DNA of 64,000 bases from Cyanophora paradoxa CCMP329 (taxonomy: Eukaryota > Plantae > Glaucophyta). Where the stretch lies: the NCBI GenBank assembly GCA_004431415.1, contig QPMI01000013.1, positions 62,001-126,000 of the forward strand, read 5' to 3'. The notes beneath the pieces are model-generated. The model did no database searches, was not told the origin of the DNA, and saw nothing but the letters and a program-made list of their open reading frames with translations. The translations under genes and the position numbers were made by a program. Shown here in pieces: positions 48,935-61,120 of this stretch (position 1 is the first letter of the stretch; every line of letters begins with the position of its first letter).

Positions 48935-51483
48935 TCAGTTCGGATCAGCTAGTGTGCTGACGGTCCAGGAGGGGAGCCAGCCCTTGAGGGCGCCCTCGGC
49001 GACGTCCTTGAGGCCGGCGAGCGCCTCGGGGACGGCCACCACGAGGATCCGCGAGCGACCTGCCAGGCCCCGGAGGCCCTGCGAGCGCGTCAGCATCCGG
49101 TGATCATGAGATATCGACCTAGAGCTGGCGGGGAGCTCGAGGGGTAGGACCTGGAGGGGCAGGATGTCCTCGAAGGCATCCACGGCGAGGTCGAGGAGGA
49201 GATGTGCGAGGCCCCCGCACCGCAGCAGCGCCCGCGCCTCGACTTCCCTGCATCGGCGCCGGTGTCGCTTCAATTCGAGTCGAAAATGAAAGAAACAGGC
49301 AAGGCCGGAGCCCTAGGCCAAGACGCGAGAAAGGCTCAGGCGCCGGCGGGCGCTTGCATTTTTTTAATGGAGACTCACGTGAACGGCCTGGCAAGTTCCA
49401 GACGAAGAGAGAACAGAGCTTGCGATGTCTGGGAGAGGATGCGCGCAACCTTCTCGGCAACCAAGTTGCTTCGCCCGCCTGCGAAGGTACTTGTCACAGT
49501 GTGTCGGACCGACGATCTCAGATCTAGATTCCAAATCTAAGATTTAAGGTGTATAGCGCACGGCGGCAGCAGATAACAAGCTTAAGCTGAAGTGTATGTA
49601 CGTTGAAGAAAATGCACACCGCGGACTTCCAAGTGCAGCTTTGGAGACGAGGGATCCGGGGAGGCGGCCACCGCTTCGGCGAGGCCCAGGAGGAAGCCGT
49701 CGCCGAAGCCGTCGTCGCCCTCTTCCGCGAAAGAGTGGACGACGGCGCCGAGCCGGCGAAGGCGCCGCGCGCCGGTACCCCGCGCGATGAGCGCCGCCAC
49801 GTCTTCGCGTGCGATCGGGGCTTTGCTCTCGTCAATCTGCGTGGAGAATAAGCTGGCATTCGCGATTTCACTTTAATGCAACTCATGCAGAGCAATCAAT
49901 CTGAAGAACGCACTTTTAAGTGAGACAGGGACTCCACAAGCGGCATGGCACCAAATCCTCGAAGGTCGGCGCCCGAAACGAGGGCCGCACTGGGGCGAGT
50001 CTATAGAATCAGAATAATCTCGAAACGGCAATTGCAATAATCTCTCAGAATAATCTATAGAGACGATAAGCAATTGCAACGTGAACACGTGTACAGACTC
50101 GGAGATAATAAAGCGGAAAAGTATGCCCTCTATAGCTAGATCTCGCACCGTTCTGTAGAGAACGAACGAATGGAGCGGCCGGCCAGGCCAGCCGCGAGCG
50201 CCGCAGGCCCGCCGCGGATGTCGAGATCGCAGTGTGTTTGGTGATCTTCGCGATACGATGGTGTCAGACAGCACCAAGAGGCCGGCATCGATCCTATAGC
50301 TAGTAAAGGGCAACGCAAGAGAGCAATATTTAATACAGGAGGTACCATTTGCGTCGTACATATCTGCTGCCAGCGTCACTTCTTCGAGGAACGCGAGGGG
50401 CGCCAGGGCCGCGACGGTGGCGCCGTCCCTGGGGCGGAAGAGGACGGAGCGGAGCAGCGGGCAGCACTGCACGATTGCAGCAACCGCGGGGCCGGTGACG
50501 ATGCAGGGCTCCAGGGTAGAGGGGAAGAGGGCAAGAGAGCGAAGGAGGCGGAAGGGTGACAGGAGGGGGAGGATCTCGGCGGGGGACGGACGCCACTCGT
50601 CGCGATCGTAGTCGTAGTTCGAAATGTGCTTTTTACCGTCGTCGATGTCGAGGGTCAGGTCTGTCAGCGCCGGCGCCGGCGCCGGAGCTGCATCCACAGC
50701 CGCGGCGGCCGCGGAAGGCGCCCCGGGGCTGTCGCTGAGCGGCGGGGGGCGGAGGGCGGAGAGCGACCCCAGGACGAGGCCGGAGAAAACGGAGCCGGGG
50801 ATCGGTTCCCCCTCGAAACAGCCCACGTCGACTATGACGTGAAGGCTGCGGATCCCGGCGCCGACGCCCGCGCCCGCGCCGGCCCTGGCGCCGATCGCGA
50901 GGCTGGAGGATGCGCTTGCTGCGGCCGCGCTGACTACAGCTGGATGCGAAGGCGTGGAAGCGCTGGCTTTGGATCCGGCTGCAGCTGCAGCTGCGGCTGT
51001 ACATGTACATGTCGTGCACTGGGCGAGGAACGTCGCGGACGCGCCAAGGAGCTTGTAGGCTCCTGATTCTTGGTACATGTTCTCCACATCACGGTGATCG
51101 ATCCCGTCTTCTCGGGCCTTGAGCATGCGGTCGGACTCGAAGGGGACGCGAAGGCGCAGCTTGACCGAGGGCCGGGCCGCCAGCTGCAGTCGGCCCGACT
51201 GGATGCGCCTCCCGAGCTCCTCCAATTGCAAGCGCCCGGGCTCCTTCGCGCTGGCGTCCAGCTGCAGGTGCTCCCAGAGCGCGCCGTCGATCGCCCGCTG
51301 CCATTGCTTGCACACCGGCCGCAGCCGCAGCGCCTCGAACACGGGGAGGAGCGAGAGCACACGAGTGACGACCGCGTCGGGCAACATAGCGAACAGGCTT
51401 GGGCTCCTGCTTTCTGGAGCGATCAGGTCGCCCGCCGCCTCGGTACCATCCCGCGCCCGCTTTGCACGCGTGCAAGGAGACAT
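48935..51483 (-). CDS. F-box/LRR-like protein
   Basis: F-box LFAMLPDAVVTRVLSLLPVFEALRLRPVCKQWQRAI; LRR-like LSPFRLLRSLAL...AIVQCCPLLRSVLFRP...LAPLAFLEEVTL. Confidence 0.8.
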
Positions 51484-51651
51484 CGAGCTGAGCCGATGTA
51501 TTAAGCGCGCGCTGCCACCACCGGCCGTGCTGCTGTCGACGCGTCGAGCGGCCCGAGCGGCGAGCGGCGATCGGCCGCGAGCGGCGAGCGGCGAGCGAGC
51601 GAGCCGCGAGCCTGCGGCGGGGGTACCGCTGCAGCCGATCACTGCGCGCGG

Positions 51652-51743
51652 CAGTTAGGGCAGTTAGGGGCGGTTAGGCTAACTGACGGCGAGTCTGACG
51701 CCGGCAAGGAGTGACTTGCCAGAGGCCAGAGGAGTGACTTGCC
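51652..51743. promoter_or_regulatory. Bidirectional promoter motifs between the two F-box paralogues: four CNGTTR sites plus a 13-bp direct repeat GGAGTGACTTGCC
   Basis: CAGTTA 51652 and 51661, CGGTTA 51671, TAACTG 51680; GGAGTGACTTGCC at 51708 and 51731. Confidence 0.4.
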
Positions 51744-51839
51744 GGCAAGCTTGTGGTTCGTTGATCTTCGCCGCTGGCCATGGCTTAAGCAGGCGACTAC
51801 GTATACTGAGGCACTCAAATTTATCATATAGTCGTACAC

Positions 51840-54068
51840 ATGTCCGAGTTCCAGACGGAAGAGCCTACTCGATTGTCGAAGCGGGCCCGCCTCGAAGCGC
51901 CAGCTGCGCATGCGGCCGCAGCGGCGCTAGCCTCGCCTGCAGAAGCGGCCCCGGCGGGAGGGTTGGAAGCGCTGCTCGACACGTTGCTGGGCGACGTGTT
52001 CGGGATGCTCGGTCTTCGGGAGAGCTGGCCCTTGCGCGGCGTCTGCAGGTCCGCATCGCCCGCGCGCGCGCCCCACCGCTCGCGCGGCTTAGCCCGAGGT
52101 GCTGGATTGCAGGCGGTGGCGACGGGTGGTCGAGGAGAGGGAGTGGGCCAGTGTCGATCTGCGGATCAAGGGCGTCAGCGGGACAGCCGCCCTGTCGGCC
52201 CTGCTCGGCGGCGGGGCTCGGAAGCTGCGGCTGAGCGCCGGCTCCAGCGTCGCGCTCCGCCCGGAGCTGGCGGCCGGCGAGGAAGAAGCGGACTCGGAGC
52301 AGGCCGCCGCATCCGACGATCTCGACGCGTACCGCCCGCGGCTGCGGCCGTCGGCCCGGAGGGGAGGGGGGGAGAGCTGGCGGCCGGCGAGCCACGAGCG
52401 CTGGCTCGAAGCTGCCCTCATAGCCCTCGCCGCCGTTGCCACGGCAGCGGATCCGACGGCAGCGGCAGCTGGGCAGCCGCAGCCGCAGCCGCGGGCGGTG
52501 ACCGGCGAGCTCCTCGGATGCAACGGCCGGCTCCGCGTGCCCTCCCTCGGCGCCTTCCTCTCTGCCTACCTGCTCGGCGTGTTGCGGGCGCTGCGGCCAG
52601 CTGCAGCGGTCGCGGGCCAATCGAAGCGGAAGTCGAAGTCGAAGCCGGCGCCGGCGCCCGCGGCCGCCAGCGCTCTCGAGAGCCTCAGTGTCGGCCTCCT
52701 CGCGAGCAGCCCGCCGAGTCGCGGCATGTTCGCCGGCCGCGCTGGCCCCCTTCGGCCAGCTCCGCTCCCTCACCCTCTGCTTCGGCGAGTTCGACGGCGG
52801 GGTCGGCCCGGAGGCGGCGGCCGCCATCGCCGCCGCCTGCCCGCTCCTCCGCTCCATCGTCCTTCAGCCCGACGTGAATGAGGGGGCGAAGGTCGTCGCC
52901 GCCTTCGCGCCCCTCGCGCACCTGGAGGACCTCCTCCTCCTCATAGGAGGCTCCTTCTTCAACGCCAGCGAAGGCATCCTGGCGCTCGCGGGCGGCCCCG
53001 CCGGCCAGAGCCTCAAGAGCTTCGCCTTCACCCGCCGGCGCGGCCTCTTTAAGTGCGCTGCGAGCTTCAGATCTCTCCCCCCCTCAAATCAATGAGCTTC
53101 AGATTCAGATCATTTTCCGCTGATTTCCGTGCAGGGAGGGGAATTTCCCGATGCAGTACCCTAGCTACCCCGAAAGCGCCGACATCGACAGCGAAGCCGT
53201 CCTCGCCCTCTCGCGGATGCCGAAGCTCGAGTGCATCAAGAAAATGCAGGCACGCGCGGGCGGGCGGTTCCTTTTGCTGAGCGTAATCTTGGTGATTGCG
53301 CCCGCCCACCCGCTGAATTATTCGTAACGTGTCAGATTATTCTGTACCCGTTCGACCCGGCGGCCATCCTCCCCCCGGGGCGCATCGCGAGCCTCCGGGA
53401 GATCTGGCTCGGCATTCCCCCCCCCCCCCCCCCCCCCCCCCCGCCGCCGGATCTGGTCCAAGGCCTTGGACCCCCGCGCGCCCCTGCTGCTGGCGGAGGC
53501 GATCTCCTCCCCCCCCCGCCTCTCCAGACTCGGCCTGGAGCTCACGCTCGCCGGTGAGCCCCCCACACTGACAAGCTAGCTCAAACCGGCTGACCTCGTC
53601 TCCTGCAGGCGGCCGGGCGAGCCCCGATCTCCTCCCCCCCCCCGGCCCCGCCTCTCCAGACTCGGCCTGGAGCTCACGCTCGCCGGTGAGCCCCCCGCAC
53701 TGACAAGCTAGCTCAAACCGGCTGACCTTGTCTCCTGCAGGCGGCCGGGCGAGCCCCCTCGCCGACCTCGTCCTGTGCCTCGACGAGCCCCTCCCGGAGG
53801 CCGCGGCGGGGGCGATCGTCGCGCTCCCGGCGCTGGAACGGCTCCGCGTGTTCACCCCGCAATCCCTCTACGAGGTGAGGTCGGTCCCTCTCCGAACTCA
53901 ATTCTCCCGCCGACCCCGCCGCCCCCCGCGCCCCGCGCCCCGGCCCAGCAACTGCTGTTCGTCGAGCACCGGCCGAAGCTCTCGGTGTGCTGCCGGCCCG
54001 GGGCACTGGCAGCGGACACGGACTCCGCCGCCGCCGTGGCAGCGGTGCTCGAGGGGCGCGGCAAGTGA
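51840..54068 (+). CDS. F-box/LRR-like protein, paralogue of the divergent neighbour; apparent frameshift near 52720-52745
   Basis: LEALLDTLLGDVFGMLGLRESWPLRGVCR|RWRRVV (F-box); LAPFGQLRSLTL...AIAAACPLLRSIVLQP...FAPLAHLEDL, shared with the neighbour. Confidence 0.7.
53501..53757. repeat. Near-identical tandem duplication (about 125-132 bp) containing a whole intron
   Basis: Copies 53501-53625 and 53626-53757 each carry exon end, GTGAGCCC...CTGAC...CAG intron and next exon start. Confidence 0.95.
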
Positions 54069-54629
54069 CGCGCCGGGCGCGCGCGCGGCGCTCCGAGTGC
54101 CTCGTCGCCGCTATCCCCCCCCCCCCCCCCCCCCCCCTCCCCTCTCCGTGGAAGAAGCTTTTATGCTGGCGTCCTACGCTTTCGAAATTCGAATTCATGA
54201 TTAGTTCCGAGGGCGGATATCACCACTGGTACTGCGAGCCACTAGTGAATCCACTGCTCAATTCTTGCATCGCTAATTCAACTGATCATGAACTGCAAAC
54301 CGTTGAACTGATCCGAAGGTCTAGATCGGATCATCGGATCTCATCTAGACTGAGATCTCAGAGTCTAGATCTGGATCTGGGTCTCAGAGTCCCTCCTGTG
54401 GGGCCCGGGGCCGGGTTCGTGCTAAGGGGCTGCCAGGCTGCCAGGGCTGATCACTGCCGCCAGCTTACTATTGCCAGGCCGCCGGGCCCGAGGGCTGACT
54501 CATGAATTAAATTGATCATGATTTCAAAGCTTATGGCATCGCGATCGACGTCGGATCTCAAAATTCATGATTTGCAACTTGCCAAGACTTAAAGTTCGCC
54601 CTCGAGCTCGAGCTCCCGGCTGTCAGTCT

Positions 54630-54697
54630 CTCTCTTTCGAGTTTACGGAGATATTCACTTCCTCTCTTTCGAGTTTACGGAGATATTCACTTCCTCT
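54630..54697. repeat. Tandem duplication of about 33 bp in the glycerol dehydrogenase 3' region
   Basis: ctctctttcgagtttacggagatattcacttc occurs twice. Confidence 0.9.
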
Positions 54698-54740
54698 CCT
54701 TCACTGACAGTCTCTGCGGCACTTCTACCAGGCTGCCGGG

Positions 54741-56519
54741 CTACGCGCGCTTGACCTCGGCCAGGATCTCGGAGCCGAGCTGGTGGGCCCGCTTGACGGC
54801 CCGCAGAACGGACTCGGCGGTCGCCCCCCCCGGCATGTTGTGCGCAGTGGCCCCCGCCACCACCGTCCGCTCGCAGGCGCCCGCGAGGCCCGCCTCGTCG
54901 GCGGGGTCCACCCCGAGGGCGTTCAGCGTCACAGGGAGCCCGACGGCGGCGAAGAAGCGCGCGACGCGCCGCGCCTCCGCCTCGTTCTCCTCGAGGCACA
55001 GCTGCGCCAGGGTACAGAAGGCGACCTTCTCGCCGTGCAGGCTCCCGTGCGTCCCGGGCAGCCTGTGGACCCGTGAGTCACGCGTGGGTGGGGGGGGGGC
55101 TCAGGCGTGTCAGATCTGACCAGGTGAGGCCGTTGTGGAGGGCGTGAGCGAGGGCCAGGCCCGCGGACTCGAAGCCGAGGCCGCTCAGGAGAACGTTCGC
55201 CTCGACGACCTTCTCCACCGCGTCCGTAACTGGGGTACACGCACTTCAGAAAAGGGGAGCGGGAAGAGATGAGGGGGGTACGAGAGGACGCGCCCTGCTT
55301 GCGCTCGACGTCGGCGGCCGCCTGGGCGCCGTGCTCGTAGAGAATGTCCCTGCCGGGATTCGAACTCAGGGGCGATCAAATCTGGGATCGAATCCGTGCG
55401 CGGCCGCCGGCGGACCGGCAGAGGGCGGAGAGGGCGACGGCGCTCGCGGTAGGGCGCCCCCCGACCTCGCTCCGTGCGTGCGGCGCCCGCCGGCTGCGAA
55501 ATCACTGAGTTGGACTGGGGGTGGGGTTCGGGGTGGGGGGGTGGGGGGGAGGGGGGGTAGGAGAAGAGGGGTGCACGGACCAGGCGTCGGCTTCGTAGAA
55601 GGTGGCCATGGCGTCGCCCATGCCCGACACGAGGAACCGCCGTGGCGCCTCCGCGATCACCTGAGGCGATCGAATCAGGTCCCCGGGTACGGAATCTGAA
55701 ACGATATCGACCAAGGATCGAATTCCCGCACCGCCGTGTCCACGAGGACGAGGTGCGGGTTGTCGCGGAAGTTCAGGACCTGCTCATGCTCATATGAGGA
55801 TGATCTCGGCGCGGCGCAGGGGGTGGGAGATTCGATCCGCGGGCCTCCTCAAAGCTGCCGTCGGGGGAGTACATGACCGAGAGCGCGGAGCACGGGGCGT
55901 CGTTTCTGCGGCGAAAATCGATGAGATCGCCGCGGATCCGGACGGGAAGCTGATTCGAGCGGATCCGCGCGCGTACGAGGCGAGGGTCGGCACGATGACG
56001 GACGGGACCTTCAGGACGCTGGCGACGACCTTGCCCGCGTCCAGGCACTTCCCGCCGCCCACCACGATCACTGCGCACGCGCGAGCAATCAGCACCGGCG
56101 CCGGCGGCAGCGCCGGGCGCGTGACGCGCACGGTAGTCGACTGTCTTCTGCCGGAAAGCGGCGGACAGCTTGTTGACCTCTTCCCAGCTGCCCGATCGGA
56201 TCAGCTGCGCATGCGGAAGCGACTACTGAGCTATAGCTAGCTCCGTTTCTCACCTGCACTCGCCGCCGAAGTCTACCATGGTGGCCCGCGCTCCGGCCTC
56301 TTCGATGGACTTGATGATGCGCTTCTCGTACGCCGGGCGCAGCGCGGGGACGATGAGAACGCCCGCGGAGGCGTCCGGGCGGCTTGCAAGCGGGCGAAGG
56401 AAAGCCGCCATCTCGCCGATCAGGCCGGCCTTCTGGATGTACTTGTGCGGCGCCGAGAAGATCGCGGCGCCAGACGGGCCGTACGCCGCCTTGGGATCGA
56501 AGCGCGGAGCGTTCGACAT
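54741..56519 (-). CDS. gldA: Glycerol dehydrogenase (GldA-type, family III metal-dependent)
   Basis: [106 protein letters not shown]. Confidence 0.95.
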
Positions 56520-56918
56520 CGCTGCGGAGTGCTGCGGGAGCTGGGCCTCGGATCCCTGGCTAGGTGAAGCGCAAGCTGGTGCGGACGCCGAAGCTGACGC
56601 GTGCGGACGCTAGGGTGCGCTTATGACGAAGACGCTTGCTGACGCTGGGACGCGTAGTCGGGGACGCGAGGACGGGAAGAGACAAGCTAGCTTCGTCAGC
56701 CTTCGTGCGAATCGGGGTACGCGAGCTTAATTCGAGCGCCGCCGATCATCGGATGGCGCCCGGCTGTAGCGTCTACAGCTAGCGCTCTGCGTTCAAAATG
56801 AAATGCATCGACTCCTTCAGAAATTCGCAACGAAAGATAGAGAGTGCTACAGCTAGCGTTAAACTCGAGTAATGTACAGTGCACGAGAGCTGCCCGACAC
56901 GGGCGCTCGCCGCCGGCA

Positions 56919-57853
56919 TTATCGCTTGCCCTTCTTGCCCTTGCCCGCCGATTTGCGCCCGCTGCCGCCCTTGCCGCCCTTCCCCGCCTTGGCGGGCGAC
57001 GCCTCGGCCTCTACACGTGCGGGGGCTCAGCGGGCGCCGCGCCGTGGGTGGGTGTGGGCGGTGCTCCGCACCTTCGGCCGGCTCCTCCGTCTCCTGGCTC
57101 GCGGACACGCTCGCCTCCTGCGTCGCTGGGCCGGCGGCCTCGCTCTCCTCCTCAGCGCCAGCGGCGGCGGCGGCGGCCTCGCCGCGCTTCGAGCGCTTCT
57201 TGGAGCGCTCGTCGTCGGCGATGGCGTCCTTCAGGGCGGACTTCTGCTCCTCCGTGAGGTCCGGCACCGAGTGCAGGATGAAGCGGTTGGCGGCCGCGAG
57301 GTTCAGGGAGGTCAGCGGCGCCTCCTTCTCCCCTGCGCGCGGCCGCCCCGCCTCGCGCCGCGGCCCGCGGGCTCGGAGAGGCCCGGCGCGCACCGGAGAG
57401 CTCGCGCTCGTACTCGTCGATGCGCCTCTTGAACTCCTGCACCCGCTTCTGCGCGCCGCGGCGCTCGGCTGCCGCCGCTGCGGCTGCGCTGCGGGCGCGC
57501 GAGGGGCGCACGATCTCGTGCATGATGCGGTGGCTCTTGGTCTTCGTTCCGATCGCCTTCAGATACACTGCGCGGGCGCGGCGGGCGGTCAGCACGGATC
57601 CGAGAAGAAATCCAGGCGGGGGGCGGCGCCGCCCCAGCCGCGAGGGCGACGCACGGAAGAAGCAGCTGCTGAGGGTGTACGCCATGAGCACGTGGTACTT
57701 CGCGGCGTCGAGCGGGGCGAGGCCGCCGGAGGAGATCGCTTCGTCGGCGAGGACCTCATCGAGCTGCACCTCCAGCTTCTGCAGGACCACCGAGGTCCGA
57801 TCGAGCGCATCGACGGCCTCCTGCACGTCGTCCCCGAGATTCGCGGTGGCCAT
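56919..57853 (-). CDS. C1D: C1D/Rrp47 exosome cofactor
   Basis: LAPLDAAKYHVLMAYTLSSCFF.YLKAIG....HRIMHEIKRVQEF...LNLAAANRFILHS plus a basic C-terminal tail. Confidence 0.88.
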
Positions 57854-58162
57854 GGCGGGCGCGCCGGCGGATCGCGACCCCGGAGTCGAAGCAGGACTAC
57901 CCAAGCTCGCCGGGCGTTGTTGACGGGATGTGCTGCTGACGGGCGTGCGGCCGCGCGCTCAGCGACTAGCTGCGACTTCGTTGCCGGGGTACCGCAGCAT
58001 TACGCGGTTCACGCTTCCCGCTCGTGCCCCCAGCTCGGGTCTGGCGATTGCGGGGGACCGCGGCGAGCGGCGGCTAGCTCTGGTTCCGGCGCCAGCTGTG
58101 CCGCCGTAGCGCGACTGTCCAGGCCGCCGAGCGCGAGCGCGCGGGCGTGAGCACAGCCGCTC

Positions 58163-60340
58163 ATGGCACCGGCGATGCGGCCGGCGTTCGGATCCTCCGC
58201 TCCGCAGGGCCTCTTCGCCCGCCTGGCCCACTCCGTTCGAGACCACAAGTCCCTCTTCCTCCTCTTCCATGTCGCAGGCGAGCCCGCGCGCTGCAATCGC
58301 GCTGCGAGTGCGGGCCGGCCCGCGCTGGCCCTGCCTGGCGTGTGGCGCGTAGCGCTGAGCGATGCCCGCCCCGCGCAGGCATCTACTTCTCGTACATGTC
58401 CTACGCGGTTGTGCAGGAGCGCATGTGCGTGAGCCTTCTTGCTTCGCGGCTGCGGCGCTGCGCGAGGCACCTCGCTGACCGCAGCGCCCAGCGCGTCGGC
58501 TCGCTTCGGGGAGAAGGGCGAGCGCTTTCACTACGTCCTCTTCATGATGGTAAGATCGAATCGCAGAGAGCTCGCGCGGGCATTCCCGGGCGCTGAGCGC
58601 TGACGCGGGGCGGCGGGCCGCAGGCGATCCAGTGCAGCATCAACGCCGCCTTCGCGTACTTCTGTGCGTGGCGCGTCGCGCGCGTGTCGGGGCGGGGCGG
58701 GCCTTGGTCCCGCGGCCCGCCGAGCGCGCCCGCCGGCAGGCATGGATTCGTCTGAGGACAGCCCACCGACGAAGGGCTCTCACGCCATCGACCGCGTCTA
58801 CGGTGCGCTGCGGCGCCCTCCGCGCGCGCCGCGCGCGCAGCAGAGTAGTCACTGAGCGGCGGCGGCGGCGGCGGGGTACAGATTCGTTTACGCGGTACGC
58901 ACCGGTGGCGTTTACGTACCTCGCGGCGATGTGGTGCAGCAACGCCGCGCTCAAGTTCGTCTCGTACCCCACACAGGTCCATCCCTTCCCCCTCCTCTTC
59001 CCTCCTCCACCCTTCCCCCTTGCTGAGCCTACCCCCTCGTTTCGCCTCCCTGCCCCTCTCAGGTGCTGGCAAAGTCGTGCAAGATGATCCCGGTTCGGCC
59101 CCCCGCGGGCCCGCGCCTCGTACCCCCCGCCCTCTCCGACGTACCCCCCCACAGGTGATGCTGATGGAGATCGCCGTGAACAAGAAGCGGTACCGCCCCG
59201 CCGAGTACTTCTGCGTCTGGTACCCCCGCCACACCCCGCTACCCCCCGTCCGGTGGCCCTGTACCCCCCAAACGCTCCGCCCCGCAGCCTGGTGACGGCG
59301 GGCATCTTCATGTTCATGATCCAGAAGGGGGGCGGGGGCGGGGGCCCGCAGGAGGGGGCGAAGGGCGGGGCGCGGACGCTGGGCCTTGCCCTTCTAGGCC
59401 TCTCCCTCTGCATGGACGCCTTCACGGGGCCGTTCCAGGAGCGCATCATGCACAAGCACTCCCCCTCCACCCGCCAGGCGCGTAACCCCCTTCCCTCTCT
59501 CGCCTCCTCGCATGCGGATCGATCTGAGTCGGATCGGGCTCAGGTGATGCTGAACCTGAACGCCTGGAGCGTGGCGCTGCTCGTTGCGGCGCTCGTGATC
59601 ACGGGAGAGGGGGTACGCGCCTTCGCGTTCGTGGCGCGGTACCCCGGCGTCCTCCTCCAGGTCATTCCCCCCTCCCTCCCCCCCTCACCTCTTTCCGTGT
59701 CACCTGAGTTCTGAGTCGGGCGCGCGGCTCAGGTGGCCATGTTCTCGTGCTGCTCGGCCGTCGGCCAGAGCTTCATCTTCTCCTGTGCGGCCCTGCGTAC
59801 CCCGCGGCTCCACCCCGCGCTTGTACCCCTGACTCTCCCCCCCACACCCCCCAGGCATCCACCACTTCGACGCGCTGGTGTGCACGACGGTGACGACGAC
59901 GCGCAAGTTCTTCACCATCCTCGCCTCCGTCGTGCGCCCGCCCCGCCCGCCCCGCCCCCTCGGCTCTCCAGCGCCTCTCGTCTCTAGGTCCTTCTAGCTC
60001 CTCCCTCTAGCCCCGCCCATCCATCTCCTCTCCATCTCCTCTACCCATCGCCGCCCGCCGGCCCCGCCACCGCTCGGCCCCCGCCGCCCACCCGTCCGCC
60101 CACCCTCCCGCCTCCCTGTTCCCTCGCCTCACTCCCTTTTAAGCTTCCCTCGCCTCACTCACTCTCCCCTCTCTTCTTCCCCGTCTCCGCCCCCCGCAGC
60201 TGTGGTTCCGGCACGCGCTCTCGCTGGGCCAGTGGGCGGGCGTCGCCCTCGTCTTCTCGGGCCTGGGGTACAACATCTACGTCAAGCACGCCGGCAGCGG
60301 CGCCGCGCCCCGCGTCAAGCTCAAGGCCGCCCTCCTCTGA
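58163..60340 (+). CDS. UAA-family nucleotide-sugar transporter (SLC35B1/UTR1/HUT1-like)
   Basis: GIYFSYMSYAVVQERI, SNAALKFVSYPTQVLAKSCKMIPVM, MDAFTGPFQERI, SAVGQSFIF, TTVTTTRKFFTILAS, LGQWAGVALVFSGL. Confidence 0.93.
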
Positions 60341-61120
60341 GGGGGGGGGGGGGGGGGGGGGGGGCGCCCCGCCCCGCCCCTTCCCCCCTCTTCGATCCAT
60401 TCCTTTCCTTCCCACCCATCCGACAGACAGTCCGACGGTCCGGCCCGGACCGTTAAACCATGCAGTGTCTGTGTCCTGCAAGCAGTGCTCATGTGATCGA
60501 TTGCGCATGCAATGAATATCCTCAACGAATGCGACAGTCCGGCAGCCCCCTATTCGCCGAGGCTCCCCCTGAGTCCCCATATGCATTCTAAGAATTCTGA
60601 TGATCATGAAAAGATGGCCGATTGCGAATTAGAATGCATCATGGCATTCATGATCAGTGGGATGAGACGACAGTCTTCCCGCTCGTAAGCAGTGCTCGTG
60701 TCACTCAGTGTGACTCAGTGATCAATTGCCAAGTTGCAACGAACATTCATATGCCGCCGGGCCGCATGCAGTGCGACAGTTCGGCAGCCCCCCCGCGGGC
60801 GCAGGGCAGATCTAGATCTAGACGGCGCCGCGGCCGCCCCGGCGGCCACAGCAGATCTAGATGACTACATGCACAGCGCTCAGGAGCTAGCCTAGTAGCG
60901 GTCCGCATGCGCATGCAACCCGCAAAAATGCCGCTGCCGGACGCATGAGGATGAAAAGAACGCTGCCGGCGCCCCGAATGCCATGATGCTCTCCAAGAAT
61001 GTTGCCAAGTTGAAAAGACGTCCGAATGCATTCATCTGAATCCATGAAGCTACTAGGCTAATTTCAGAGCCAGAGCCAGCTGCGCCCGGGCGCTGGGCAC
61101 GGGCGCGGGCGCGGGCCCGG

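Noticed and set aside
51655-51678. Telomere-like TTAGGG copies
   Set aside because: Only two exact, non-adjacent copies; better explained as repeated CNGTTA sites.
55345-55372. tRNA T-loop/B-box-like GAGTTCGAATCCC on the minus strand
   Set aside because: It is the branch-point-to-acceptor end of a gldA intron (CTGAG...CAG), and no cloverleaf or A-box can be built.
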